Of a stretch of 64,000 nt of DNA, positions 1-12,759 are shown piece after piece. Under the pieces are notes generated by a model. It ran no database searches, was not told the origin of the DNA, and saw only the letters and a program-made list of their open reading frames with translations. The DNA comes from Octopus vulgaris (Eukaryota), in NCBI GenBank assembly GCA_951406725.2, contig OX597820.1, forward strand, positions 10,664,001 through 10,728,000, read 5' to 3'. The stretch's first letter is position 1, and each line of letters begins with the position of its first letter. The position numbers were made by a program, and so were the translations under genes.

Positions 1-89
1 TTTGGCTGCTTTGCGTCATATACTCTCGGGTCATTACCGAACATTTATGTCCCCGAGAAAAGACAGACACGGAAACTAGATTGAGAATA

Positions 90-320
90 TATTTCTTTAT
101 TGCCCACAAGGGGCTAAACATAGAGGGGACAAACAAGGACAGACAAAGGGATTAAGTCGATTACATCAACCCCAGTGCAAAACTGGTACTTTATTTATCG
201 ACCCCGAAAGGATGAAAGGTAAAGTCGACCTCGGCGGAATTTGAACTCAGAACGTAACGACAGACGAAATACCGCTAAGCATTTCACCCAACGCGCTAAC
301 GTGTCTGCCAGCTCGCCGCC
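90..320 (-). mobile_element. tRNA-derived SINE family A, full length
   Basis: Head GGCGGCGAGCTGGCAGA with B-box-like GAGTTCAAATTCC; core CCTTTCATCCTTTCGGGGTCGATAAA; 13-bp TSD TAGATTGAGAATA at 77-89 and 321-333; more than 10 related copies in the window. Confidence 0.9.
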
Positions 321-1084
321 TAGATTGAGAATAGCAAGTTTCTTTCCTTTTTACCTACCTCTTTTATTCTGAGGATCGAACGCTGGATCTGGAACATAAC
401 TGAACCACTACCTGCTAGTCTTTCTATTAAATTTTCTAGAAATTCTGAAATAGCAAAAGAACTAAAGGTTAGGGGTGTTGTTAATCAAGATCAGACTTTG
501 TATTTGGATGTAGCTTTTAATGTAGGTGTTCGTTTACTCCACATGAGCAAAAAGTGTACAATTTTTTTTCAGAGATACCATGTTTCCGTACCCCATGAGT
601 GGATGTTTTCGTGGTTTCTATTTATAAAGGCGGTTCGTGTTTGTTGTGAACTTAATAAGTTGCATCGGGGTGATGCCTATATTGCAAGGTTAAGAAAAAG
701 GTAATGATAATATCATCTGACGGACAGGTGTGTGTTTGCATGTGTTTTTAGTCATGTGCAGCAGGTATTGATAATTGAGAACGTACAAAAAGGAAAAAAA
801 TTGAAGATGCAACTAAACTCATGTGCATGAAATTTGGTACAATGTAAACTGACAGCGAATCAAGTTGACATGTAACGATGGAGTGACCTAAGAGAACTCT
901 TACAACTTATATCATGAGAAGTCTTACAATCTATATCATGAGAAACAAATGAATAGCTGCATTGATGCTATACGGCGTGATTTTTGTCAAAACGTGCGAA
1001 TTTTAGAGCGATGAATTATAATCTATATACACGAAGAATACATTAGGAAAGGAATGCTTGAGAAGATCATTAACCATGAAACAC

Positions 1085-1502
1085 TTACTCTTTTACTCTT
1101 TTACTCTTTTACTCTTTTACTTGTTTCAGTCATTTGACTGCGGCCATGCTGGAGCACCGCCTTTAGTCGAGAAAATCGACCCCGGGACTTATTCTTTGTA
1201 AGCCCAGTACTTATTCTATCGGTCTCTTTTTGCCGAACCGCTAAGTGACGGGGACGTAAACACACCAGCATCGGTTGTCAAGCAATGCTAGGGGGACAAA
1301 CACACAAACATATACACACACACCCATATATATATACATAGATACGACGGGCTTCTTTCAGTTTCCGTCTACCAAATCCACTCACAAGGCATTGGTCGGC
1401 CCGAGGCTATAGTAGAAGACACTTGCCCAAGATGCCACGCAGTGGGTCTGAACCCGGAACCATGTGGCTGGTTAGCAAGCTAATTACCACACAGCCACTC
1501 CT
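1085..1502 (-). mobile_element. tRNA-derived SINE family B (internal TA/CA microsatellite, (AGTAAAAG)n tail)
   Basis: Head GGAGTGGCTGTGTGGTAA...GGTTCAG; CORE-like TCTTGGGCAAGTGTCTT; many near-identical copies. Confidence 0.9.
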
Positions 1503-2143
1503 ATGTTAAAAAGCGGAAAAAAAGTGGCCTGATTTTGTAACAGGACGGCTCTGATTCATAAGAATGTAATGTAATGGACGACAAACGAGACAGTGGTTGA
1601 ACGGTATTAAAAAATGGAGAAGAAATAGAAATGTGGAAAAGTTGAGGTTTCTTGATGACTGTTACAGTTGGAAGGAGAGATCTATGTCTTTTGTTAGGAA
1701 ATTATGGCCTCCTTGGGTAATATAAATTGATTGGTTGGTGGAAGCCAGATATATGTCAATTTCATAGTCACCATTTAATCTAGAATCTTAATATATAGTA
1801 ATATGCCTGCGGTTCGTAAGAGTATGGACGAAGCATTTCCATTCCTTTGCTATAATTTCTCTGACCAGTGTCAGCATAACTTCATTCTATACTGTAACAT
1901 GTAATTTTGCTCTCGCATAATGGACATGTCTGCATCGGCGCAAGGATTTTCGTAATGTATTCAGTTGTATATAATACCAAACGAAAGTCTGAGAACAAGC
2001 AATTGATAAAATCTGACTGAAACTTGGACCTACAAGGATTTACATGGAATTCAAAACAAAAATTAACTCTTGGGCGATTTCATTCGAAACGCAGCTTTTC
2101 AACACAAACATATATTCATACATACATACATATACACACATAA

Positions 2144-2231
<88 letters not shown>

Positions 2232-2234
<3 letters not shown>

Positions 2235-3342
2235 CAAAAGTTAGAAGGGAAAAACTGGGCGAGAACATAACGGATAGAAAAGAGAGACAAAGAACACGAT
2301 ACAAGGAACATTCGCAGCTGATTTTCTCATCGGTTGGTTTCCGAGACATCTTAGTGGTTTCACGCTATTTAAAATCAAGGCCATTTTTATTAACGGGAGC
2401 GCCAGAGCATAAGATACAGGAAAAGCTTAACGAACGTGTACGAGGACAATGTGTGTGTGTATAATAAGAAATGACAAGATATAACAGACCAGGAATAGTT
2501 CATATACAATAGAAAATGCCTTAAGGCTGTACAATTGGTGTACAATATGAGGCATAATTATACGTAGACAGTAGTAAAGCATTACAATACAAACAGAAAA
2601 GAATCTATTCGACTATCAAGACAGACGTAGTGAGGTAGCGCAAAGAAATGGAAAAATACCTTGACAGACAAAACATAAAGCGTGTCTGGTTTGGCCAGTA
2701 GCAGGCCGAAAAAGGACGACGCACCTTGACAGGACACCAGTCACATTGTAGGAGAGAGAAAGAGTGGTGGAGGGATTAAGGAATGAGAGAGGTGAGAGAG
2801 ACAGAGCAGTAACAGAGAGAAAAGTAGGAGGGACTGGGTATAAGGGAGACAATTAACGAGGAGAGAGAACATACAAAAGAGATGGAAGTAAGAGCTAAGC
2901 GTCGCACTACAAATATTGAGGGAATATTTTTACAGTTAACTAAAGAAATGGGGGTGAATTGCGTGGCAATGAATATTCAAAAGTTGGACAGAGAAAGAAA
3001 AAATAGACGAAAACAGGGCGAAAACGTAACCGGCAATAAAGAGAGACAAAAACACGATGCAAGGAACAATAACAGCTGATTTTCTCATCAGTTGATTTCC
3101 TAGACAACTTAGTTGTTTCACGCTATTTCAAAACAAGACCACTGTTATCAGCGGGAGCGCCAGAGCATAGAGCTACAGGAATAGGCTGATGACTGTGTGC
3201 GAGGACAGGCAAAATATAACATTCCATGTACAATAAGAAATAATGGCAAGATACAAGAGTGGGGGGATAACGAAAAGAAAAACTATATAATGAGAAGTAT
3301 ATAACTATATGTATATTAAATAAAACCTTATAGACTAGGAAA
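2232..3342. mobile_element. Old non-coding element with ~200-bp diverged direct repeats (about 2245-2448 and 3007-3207), bounded by (TA)n on both sides
   Basis: Two alignable blocks about 760 bp apart; hammerhead-like core motifs on the minus strand of each. Confidence 0.5.
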
Positions 3343-3344
3343 TA

Positions 3345-3375
<31 letters not shown>

Positions 3376-3592
3376 AATTTGAAATGTAAAAAGAAATTTA
3401 ATGTTTAAATTATATATAATGCTAGATATCACTTATATGAACTAAAGGTGTGTTTCTGCCAATGTTTACATCGGTATGGACGCTCTATAACCGTGTTTAC
3501 AAGGGGATTTTTAGAAAAAAAGGATAAAAAATACTTCAGAATTACAGAGAAGACAGAATTCCTTGCCTTTGTCATAAGGGAAAAATACACAG

Positions 3593-3636
<44 letters not shown>

Positions 3637-3682
3637 CTCTCTCTCTCTCTCTCTCTATCTATATATATATATATCTATCTCT

Positions 3683-3721
<39 letters not shown>

Positions 3722-3723
<2 letters not shown>

Positions 3724-4133
3724 TCTTTTACTCTTTTACTTATTTCAATCATTTGACTGCGGCCATGCGGGAGCACCGCCTTTAATCGAGCAACTCGACC
3801 CCGGAACTTATTCTTTTGTAAGCCCAGTACTCATTCTATCGGTCTCTTTTGCCGAGCCGCTAAGTAACGGGGACATAAACACACAAGCATCGGTTGTCAA
3901 GCAATTCTAGGGTAACAAACACAGACACACAAACACACACACACGCATATATATATATATACATATATACGACGGGCTTCTTTCAGTTTCCGTCTACCAA
4001 ATCCACTCACAAGGCTTTGGTCGGCCCTTGGCTATACTAGAAGATACTTGCCCAAGGTGCCACGCAGTGGGACTGAACCTGGAACCATGTGGTTGGTAAA
4101 CAAGCTACTTACCACACAGCCACTCCTGCGCCT
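3722..4133 (-). mobile_element. SINE family B
   Basis: Full-length match to 1085-1502. Confidence 0.9.
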
Positions 4134-4143
4134 ATATATATAT

Positions 4144-4203
<60 letters not shown>

Positions 4204-4900
4204 CGAAAGGCTCCGTTAGGCGATTCGAAACTTCAAGTAGCACGAAATCCGAATCAAACAGTTTTGAACAATACTTTTAACTCCCAATGAACGTATTGAG
4301 TCCCCTTTCTTTAGTTCGTTCACTCATTCATATATATATATATATATATATATATGTGCTTAGTATGTGTGTGGGGGTTTGGATGGGTTTATAAGTGTAT
4401 CTATATGTATATTATTACACATGTGTTTCTGGGATAGTGTCTGTAAGTGAGGTACCTCTGTTTAGTTACATGCCTTTGCCTGTTAACGCATGCGCATGAA
4501 TCTCACAGAAAATGTGGCTTTACTTTATTAATCGATACAATTTTATAGCAATAAATTTCTTAAGACAACAATTTAGCAGAAGGAAAATAACCAGTCACGT
4601 ATCAAATTAAAATCAATATATCATTTTTCGGTGTTTTTTCATGTCATTTGGATTATGTTTTTTCCTTGTTCAAATCTTATTTTTTAATGTTTTGTTGCTG
4701 TTATCATTGCTGTTGTTTCTTTTTTTTTACTGCTCATCGATCAGGGCAATGTTTGTTAGCCCAATGCAATTATATCATCATTGCGATGATTATAGTTCAG
4801 TAGAGAGAAATGATTAACAGAGCGATTGCTAAGGCAAACGTAGGAAGGAGCATAGCAGCAGTAGCAACAAGAGCACCAGAAACAACAGCCACGCTGGCTT

Positions 4901-4936
4901 GCAACAACTATAATAATAATAATAATAATAATAATG

Positions 4937-4973
<37 letters not shown>

Positions 4974-5086
4974 TAATAATAACAACAACGACAACAACAA
5001 TAACAATAATAATAATATTAATGATGATGATTATGATGATTATGATGATGATACTAATAATGATGATGATGATGATGATGATGATG

Positions 5087-5150
<64 letters not shown>
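4901..5150. repeat. (AAT)n/(AAC)n/(GAT)n compound microsatellite
   Basis: Direct reading. Confidence 0.95.
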
Positions 5151-5151
<1 letters not shown>

Positions 5152-5380
5152 GTGCAAAACATCGTGTTAACTGAAGCGACTCATGTACTGGGAAGAGCAT
5201 TATCGCTGTGAAAACAACATCTATTCATGAATTTATTTATTTATTAATTTTTTTAATACATATTTTACCTGTGAATTTGCGAATGCATACAATGAGCTTC
5301 TCTGCCTTAGGTGTATGGAAAACACTCGGCGAGAAACGGAAGAAAATTTGAAGAAAGAAGGTAAAAAAATAATAATAATA

Positions 5381-6166
5381 AATGGCAAGAAAACCCTTGC
5401 AATGGCAAATACGCAAAGAGAGCGAATAATGCAGATGTTGACAAAGACCTTACCCATCAATGGCTAATAGTTCCTGGTTTAAAATAAAAAACAGAAGGGT
5501 TTATCGTAGAGCCCAAGATCAATGCCTACCTATAAGGAACTACCAAGCCAACATATTTAAGCACGGCAACTCCACAATATGTCGTCTTTGTCAACAACAA
5601 AATGAAACCATTGATCATTTTGTCTCCAAGTGCAGTCTTCTTGCGCCTACAGATAGATGCAAATAGGCCAGACATCATAGTAAAAGACTTCAGACAAAAA
5701 GAACGACTCACATTGATATGACTATCCCAATCGATATTAACGCATCTGTCAAGACCTACCAAAAACTGAGCAAGCATAAAGATCTTGAAATAGAAATCAG
5801 CAAAATGTGGAACCTGAAGACTAAAACAATACCTGTTGTCATAGGTACCCTAGGAATGATAGCAAAAGGGTCTGATTGCAACCTAGCTCAAATACCAGGA
5901 AACCCCAAGATGGCAGAAATTGAAAAGATAGAGCCCATGAGAACTGCCCATATACTACATAAAATACTGTCAGAGTAATCTCAAATTTTAAAACAAACTC
6001 ATCATTTTTTAATGTTTTCTGAAACATTCTCTAGAACAATACTATGTACAAAACATAATATATGGCACTTTAACCATAACACCTACATGAACTTCTAATT
6101 TGTTGTCTCTTGAGGTCTCTGGGTGAGACTTGGAGCCAACTTGTACAAATGCAAAGCAAAAGTCAA

Positions 6167-6168
<2 letters not shown>
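5381..6168 (+). mobile_element. Degenerate 5'-truncated R4/Dong-like LINE (zinc knuckle, REL endonuclease, 3'UTR)
   Basis: AQDQCLPIRNYQ, CRLCQQQNETIDHFVSKC, RPD and KHKDLEIEISKMW motifs with frameshifts; same subfamily as 24438-26205; (AAT)n at both ends. Confidence 0.9.
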
Positions 6169-6233
<65 letters not shown>

Positions 6234-6237
<4 letters not shown>

Positions 6238-6554
6238 GGAGAAGCTCTCAAAATACAAAGACCTGGAAATAGAGGTAACTAGAATGTGGAATCTGAAAAC
6301 AGAAACAATTCCTATCATAGTAGGTGCATTAGGCATGATAAAAAAATATTCAGACAAATACATAACAAAAACACCAGGACTTACAAACACATATAACATA
6401 CAGAAAATTGCACTACTAGGCACTGCACACATCCTACGCAGAACACTTTCCATACAATAACCATCAGAGCATCACAACAAATCACAGCACATACCCAAGG
6501 CACACAGAGCTGTGCTCGGTAGTGAAGTGAAAGCACGCTATAAAAATAAAACTA

Positions 6555-6558
<4 letters not shown>
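6234..6558 (+). mobile_element. R4/Dong-like LINE 3' end, subfamily 2
   Basis: MEKLSKYKDLEIEVTRMWNLKTETIPIIVGALG...QKIALLGTAHILRRTL*; (AAT)n on both sides. Confidence 0.9.
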
Positions 6559-6630
<72 letters not shown>

Positions 6631-6632
<2 letters not shown>

Positions 6633-7088
6633 CTGGGATATGCCGATACACACAGATAGATAAATTAAGGCCAACAGACCAGATATAGTTGTCAGAGATC
6701 ATGAAGAAGAAAAATGCTTTCTAATTGATGTATCAATACCGGCAGATGACAACGTGTCTCTAAAAGAAATGGAGAAACTCTCAAAATACAAAGACCTGGA
6801 AATAGAGGTAACTAGAATGTGGAACCTGAAAACAGAAACAATTCCTATCATAATAGGTGCATTAGGCATGATAAAAAAAATATTCAGACAAATACATAAC
6901 AAAAACACCAGGACTTACAAACACATATAACATACAGAAAATTGCACTACTAGGCACTGCACACATCCTACACAGAACACTTTCCATACAATAACCATCA
7001 GAGCATCACAACAAATCACAGCACATACCCAAGGCACACAGAGCTGCGCTCGGTAGTGAAGTGAAAGCACGCTATAAAAATAAAACTA

Positions 7089-7092
<4 letters not shown>
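6631..7092 (+). mobile_element. R4/Dong-like LINE 3' end, subfamily 2
   Basis: LWDMPIHTDR, ANRPDIV and KYKDLE REL motifs; (AAT)n flanks. Confidence 0.9.
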
Positions 7093-7169
<77 letters not shown>

Positions 7170-7630
7170 CTCTGGGATATGCCGATACACACAGATAGAT
7201 AAATTAAGGCCAACAGACCAGATATAGTTGTCAGAGATCATGAAGAAGAAAAATGCTTTCTAATTGATGTATCAATACCGGCAGATGACAACGTGTCTCT
7301 AAAAGAAATGGAGAAACTCTCAAAATACAAAGACCTGGAAATAGAGGTAACTAGAATGTGGAACCTGAAAACAGAAACAATTCCTATCATAATAGGTGCA
7401 TTAGGCATGATAAAAAAAATATTCAGACAAATACATAACAAAAACACCAGGACTTACAAACACATATAACATACAGAAAATTGCACTACTAGGCACTGCA
7501 CACATCCTACACAGAACACTTTCCATACAATAACCATCAGAGCATCACAACAAATCACAGCACATACCCAAGGCACACAGAGCTGCGCTCGGTAGTGAAG
7601 TGAAAGCACGCTATAAAAATAAAACTACTT
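7170..7630 (+). mobile_element. Tandem duplicate of 6631-7092
   Basis: Near-identical at a 539-bp offset, including the shared lesions. Confidence 0.9.
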
Positions 7631-7744
7631 AATAATAATAATAATAATAATAATCCATTCTGCTAGAGGCACAAGGCCTGAATTCCTCTATTTACATAAT
7701 ATTGAGGTCTCTTTCATTCTTTTGTTGTCTCACCATTTCTATCA

Positions 7745-7776
<32 letters not shown>

Positions 7777-8158
7777 CTAGCATTATCGCCCGGCGTTGCT
7801 CGGGTTTGTAAGGGAAATAACTATATAAGCATTTTTAGAGATGTAAAGTATAATAGCCATCTCAATATGGCTAACCACAAAGGGGGGGGGGGTTACTGTA
7901 GCTTTTTATGTTCTGAGATTTAATAATAAATTTTTAGAGAGTTACTTCCCTTATATATGCCAAAAATGCATTAAAAATGGGAAAAATTGATGGTAAATTG
8001 TTTTTTAAATCGTAGACTCATCGTAGACGCGCACTAATACCCAGAAGGGCTCAATATGAATCACGACTATAAGATACCCGGTTTTGGTTAAACTGCACCG
8101 CAAAATGTGGGAGTAGTTAGGAATCTAAATCGTAGGAGACAGAGAGCACACGACCTCA

Positions 8159-8170
<12 letters not shown>
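7777..8170 (-). mobile_element. Non-autonomous Helitron
   Basis: 3' CTAG preceded by the subterminal hairpin CCCGAGCAACGCCGGG; homologous to 35005-35403; 5' end merges into (TA)n. Confidence 0.75.
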
Positions 8171-8203
<33 letters not shown>

Positions 8204-8830
8204 GCACATGCATATATATATATACACAGAATAACAGTTTGTTTCTTAGAGACGCAAGAAGCTATTAATACCTCGTGTCTTTATGCTGTCTACGTAAAAT
8301 TATAGTTATCACTCCCTCTATATACTCGTGGGCACTGAAATATCACAGGAAAGCGCACACACAACATATTTATTCAAATATAGAAATATAAATATATTCA
8401 GGCTTAAAGCAATGCTACATAAACATATATAGAAAAATGGTAAAGAACTAAGAAGGGATGGTTGGCATAATATCTTGAGAACGGTCCCTATAGATACAGT
8501 GTCAAACTTAACTCTCTTGATGAAAATTTTCGAAAGAAACAACTATGTCAAATAAACTTTGAAAACTATGAAAGAACATATTAGACATTAAAGAAATGGA
8601 ACCTAGTTCACATGTTTTATCAAAGTAAATATTGTTTCTTACCACAAAAGATATCATGTAAGTTTATTATTCATTGTCCTCGAAAGGACCGCTATAATTC
8701 ATAAATGTTGGTTTTCCCCCAATGTGCTTGCTCTGCAGTACACGTATTTTGACCGCCTAACAAAAATTTTAAAATAAGCTGGGCTTCATATATAATATGA
8801 TTGTGTGTGTTGAAGTATATGTATATGTAC

Positions 8831-8900
<70 letters not shown>

Positions 8901-8904
<4 letters not shown>

Positions 8905-9018
8905 GAAAGAATGGAGTCGAACGAAGATGTTAACAAAATTCCTTTACTCTCGACATATGTTTCGGTTAAACGAATTTTCCATGCTGACGATAGACATAGG
9001 ATAATTCATTCACCTACT
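8901..9018 (-). mobile_element. Internally deleted relative of the 17837-18128 hammerhead element
   Basis: Shares ATGGAGYCGAACGAAGAT...ACAAAATTCCTTT and GATAATTCATT; keeps only the GAAAC-AUAU-GUC half of the ribozyme; (TA)n flanks. Confidence 0.55.
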
Positions 9019-9030
9019 TATATATATATA

Positions 9031-9195
9031 ACGGGAAGCTTTATGAAAATAAACAAAAGACGAAGGCAGGTGGAATACAAACAAACAATTGTATTAGTAT
9101 GGCGCTCAGGAATATAAATAAAACAAGTCTTTTACGTTTCGAGCCTACGCTCTTCAACAGAAAGATACACAGAAAAGAAACACGGAAAGAAACAA
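9031..9195 (-). mobile_element. Short hammerhead-bearing element, family H1
   Basis: Homologous to 21037-21220 and 59313-59515; TA-repeat flanks. Confidence 0.7.
9128..9165 (-). ncRNA. Minimal type I hammerhead-like motif (A6U core variant)
   Basis: UCUUU-CUGUUGA-A-GAGC(GUAG)GCUC-GAAAC-GUA-AAAGA. Confidence 0.6.
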
Positions 9196-9450
9196 TATGT
9201 ATATATATTACTCAAAGGAATTCCAACTCTGTTTTTTATATTTTATTTATATTCTTACAATATTAATATACTGCTAGTAGAATATACAGTATATAGTAAG
9301 AAAGAAATGAAATGAAGTATTGATTGTCTTATTGAACAAATGAAATATGAAAGTTAAATATTAAATGTCTATTCTCATTGGACTAGTATACTTTCATCAG
9401 GTTCACATTGTGACAGGAACGCTTCGACTGAAGATTCAGAAAAATTATAT

Positions 9451-9670
9451 TACATACATATAAGAGGGATGACCACTAACTGGACATCCATATGCTAGAA
9501 GTCGACCCCTATGGTCTTACCACTGAGAAGGGGATGTTCTCAAGAAAGCGAGCAAGACGTTCTGGCGTTTGCTAAATTTTTATAACATTCCTTTCTTAGT
9601 GGTAAGACCATAGGGGGTCGACTTCTAGCATATGGATGTCCACTTAGCAGTCATCCCCCTTACATGTATG

Positions 9671-9672
<2 letters not shown>
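9451..9672. mobile_element. Fold-back MITE-like element with ~88-bp inverted arms
   Basis: 9451-9538 is the near-perfect reverse complement of 9584-9672. Confidence 0.8.
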
Positions 9673-9703
<31 letters not shown>

Positions 9704-9752
9704 CGAGAGAGACAGAGTGACAGAGAGAGAGAGAGTGTGAGAGGGTATACTA

Positions 9753-9858
9753 GCAGAAACGATGTGTTAACGACAAACAAGATGAAGACAAATATCCGTC
9801 AAATGTAAATAATGTAAATAATGTACATAATTCCTCATCTCTTAAATATAGAACTGTA
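9753..9858 (+). mobile_element. 3' fragment of the tRNA-head/hammerhead element seen at 53812-54076
   Basis: GAAACGATGTGTTAACGACAAACAAGATGAAGACAAATATCCGTCAAATGTAAATAATGTA matches 54010-54076. Confidence 0.7.
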
Positions 9859-10597
9859 TTTCAATATTCATGTCATAAATTTTCTTCTAAAGAAAATTTT
9901 TTCCAGAGAGTTCCAACGAAACTTGTAAAAAAAAAAACCAACCTAAAACAGTATTGTTTTCATTACGTGTCAAATTGCAATTTCTTTCAAGCTTGGGAAT
10001 ACAGAATGACCCAAAGAATATTCCATAAACTATAGACGCAATGATAGGTTAACATGCCCTCCAGAGCAACTTTAATTGTTTTCCCCCTAGACGACTCTTC
10101 ACTCAGAGATTAGATTAGATTTCTCAAGATATCTTCCGTTTAATAGCCAGATATATTATCTTGTGCAAAATATGCCACTTTCAAGAATAGCTTCTCTTTA
10201 TATGTCTATTATTGTCAGCTATATTTTTCCCTTAAAAAAAATCAATATATCCTTTGCTTTACCTATATTTCTACTAATGCTTTAGCTGACTCTGAAAATA
10301 CTACGGTAAGTAATATTTAGTAATGCAGACGAGTGTTGATAATAGAGTTAAACTGTCGCCTTGGGGCAGACGTCGACTCCTATTTTGTCATTCGATTTCA
10401 TTGATGCCCCCGGGACTTAGACATACTATCAAGATAACAGCTTCCACTTAATCCATATATGTCTTTTTCTTAGAGAAATCAATAAACTGTTACTCTGCGA
10501 TATTTACAACCAAGTTCCACCAAATGACTTAATATAAGGACTTAACTTAATGTCTATTATTGTAGCGCTGTCTCGCTGTCTTATTGGAAAATTGTAT

Positions 10598-11007
10598 GGA
10601 GTGGCTGTGAGGTAAGTAGCTTGCTAACCAGCCACATGGTTCCGGGTTCAGTCCCACTGCGTGGCATCTTGGGCATGTGTCTTCTGCTACAGCCCCGGGC
10701 CGACCAATGCCTTGTGAGTGGATTTGGTAGACGGAAACTGAAAGAAGCCTGTCGTATATATGTATATATATATATATGGGTGTGTGTGTATGTTTGTGTG
10801 TCTGTGTTTGTCCCCCTAGCATTGCTTGACAACCGATGCTGGTGTGTTTACGTCCCTGTCACCTAGCGGTTCGGCAAAAGAAACCGATAGAATAAGTACA
10901 GGGCTTACAAAGAATAAGTTCCGGGGTCGATTTGCTCGACTAAAGGCGGTGCTCCAGCATGGCCGCAGTCAAATGACTGAAACAAGTAAAAGAGTAAAGA
11001 GTAGAGT
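10598..11007 (+). mobile_element. SINE family B
   Basis: Near full-length match. Confidence 0.9.
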
Positions 11008-11279
11008 ATATGTATTTTTGTAGCGTTGTCTTAATGGAAAACGGTATGTGTGTATGCGTTTGTGTATGTGTTTTAGTTTCAGCCGTCATGCAACAATAAT
11101 ACCATGTAATATAAACTTTCGATAAGAAAAAAGTAGACTTCGAAAATAGAACCACGGTTTATAGTCTGAACGCAGTTGTATTTATTGTTTGATTTGTAGA
11201 GAAGGCATCTGCATATATGGCCCGATTCTTTGGAGTTCAGCTTCAGTAAGACTGCTCTTACTGAATAAGTATTTGTTTG

Positions 11280-11553
11280 TTTCTTCTTTCTCGAGCCATG
11301 CCTGGCTCATAAGGGCCGGTTTCCTTGGCGTATAGGTTCCCCTCCTGGACAGTACACCGGTCCGTCGTCGCAAGTGAGCTGCAACAGTGAGAGAAAGTTG
11401 TGGCGAAAGGGTCAGCACAGGTTCGCCATTACCTTCTGCCGGAGCCGCGTGGAGATTAGGTGTTTCGCTCATAAACATTGCCCGGTTGAGATTCGAACCC
11501 CCGATCCCTCGACCGCGAGTCCGCTGCTCTAACCACTAGGCCATGTGCCTCCA
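11280..11553 (-). mobile_element. tRNA-derived SINE family C, variant tail
   Basis: Head GGAGGCACATGGCCTAGTGGTTAGAGCAGCGGAC...GGTTCGAATC with A and B boxes. Confidence 0.8.
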
Positions 11554-11876
11554 CTCAGTGAAGAAGTGATTATGGCATAATTATGTATTAGCTTCGCCCA
11601 AATGTTTTATCTTGTACCTATGCAAGAAAGAAATATAAAGTGGTAATTCATACGAAAAGATATTTTTTCAATAATTTAGTGGAAAAGTGGTGTTAATTCG
11701 ATATAAGCAGAAAGAACAGAATTGAACTGTTTAATCTTAAGCGGTTCTAGAATTTCTTTGGGTCTAATATACATCAATGTTTCAGTTCACCAAATCCTCG
11801 ACACATTTTATATGAACTGAGGCATTAAAACTCGTGGAAAATAAACGAAACGAAAATTCTATTTCCCTGTAATAAT

Positions 11877-12268
11877 GGATGGATGGAAGCACTCCGTCGG
11901 TTACGACGACGAGGGCTCCAGTTTATCCGATCAACGGAACAGCCTGCTCGTGAAATTAACGCGTAAGTAGCTGAGCACTCCACAGACACGTGTACCCTTA
12001 ACGCAGTTCTCGGGGATATTCAGCGTGACACAGAGAGTGACAAGGCCGGCCCTTTGAAATACAGGTACAACAGAAACAGGAAGTAAGAGTGAGAGAAAGT
12101 TGTGGTGAAAGAGTACAGCAGGGATCACCACCATCCCCTGCCGGAGCCACGTGGAGCTTTTTTAGGTGTTTTCGCTCAATAAACACTCACAACGCCCGGT
12201 CTGGGAATCGAAACCGCGATCTTATGACCGCGAGTCCGCTGCCCTAACCACTGGGCCATTGCGCCTCC
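11877..12268 (-). mobile_element. tRNA-derived SINE family C
   Basis: Head GGAGGCGCAATGGCCCAGTGGTTAGGGC...GTTTCGATTCC; (TCCA)n tail; tail fragments also at 30343-30412 and 63884-64000. Confidence 0.85.
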
Positions 12269-12759
12269 CCCTCCAATAATAGAAGTTATATCAATTGCTA
12301 AAACGAAGCATTATTGTGCAATCGAAGCGGGTAATGAACTAGTTGGACGCTTCTGGTAATCTAATTTATTGACTTGATTTTTATTCCCAATCACACACGT
12401 GTTGTTCGTTTGGGAATAGAATGAGTTGATGCTCATAGTCGGAAGTAATGTTTGATCATGAGAGGAGTGGAGTAAAAGAAAACTCTGTTGCTTCCAGTTA
12501 AATATTTTTGCCTCACATCCTTCAGTGTTTCGAAAATGTTAAATTACTTCTAATGTCGGTATCACTTTAAATCTCACACAAGACAATAAAATATGAACTA
12601 AAGATACACTGAGCAAATTCAATCATCCAATGTTTTCCTCTATAATAGGAAAAAAAAACATATATTTGATATTTTGTGAGGTGAGTTAGTGATGTAGTTC
12701 TTTTAATGCACTTAAAATCGGTCCTAACCATTGCTGTTACAGAAGTATCATGAAGCAAA

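Noticed and set aside
780-1620. Possible very old RTE remnant split by SINE B
   Set aside because: Only faint motif resemblance (MLEKII, WLNGIKKW); too decayed to support
9300-9405. CUGAUGA on the minus strand near 9393-9399
   Set aside because: No stem II followed by GAAA could be found
10284-10312. TTTAG...GTAAGT micro-exon-like signals (similar case at about 26325-26346)
   Set aside because: Expected by chance in 64 kb; no supporting context
11440-12268. tRNA-like sequences
   Set aside because: SINE heads continuous with repeat bodies, not complete cloverleaf tRNA genes
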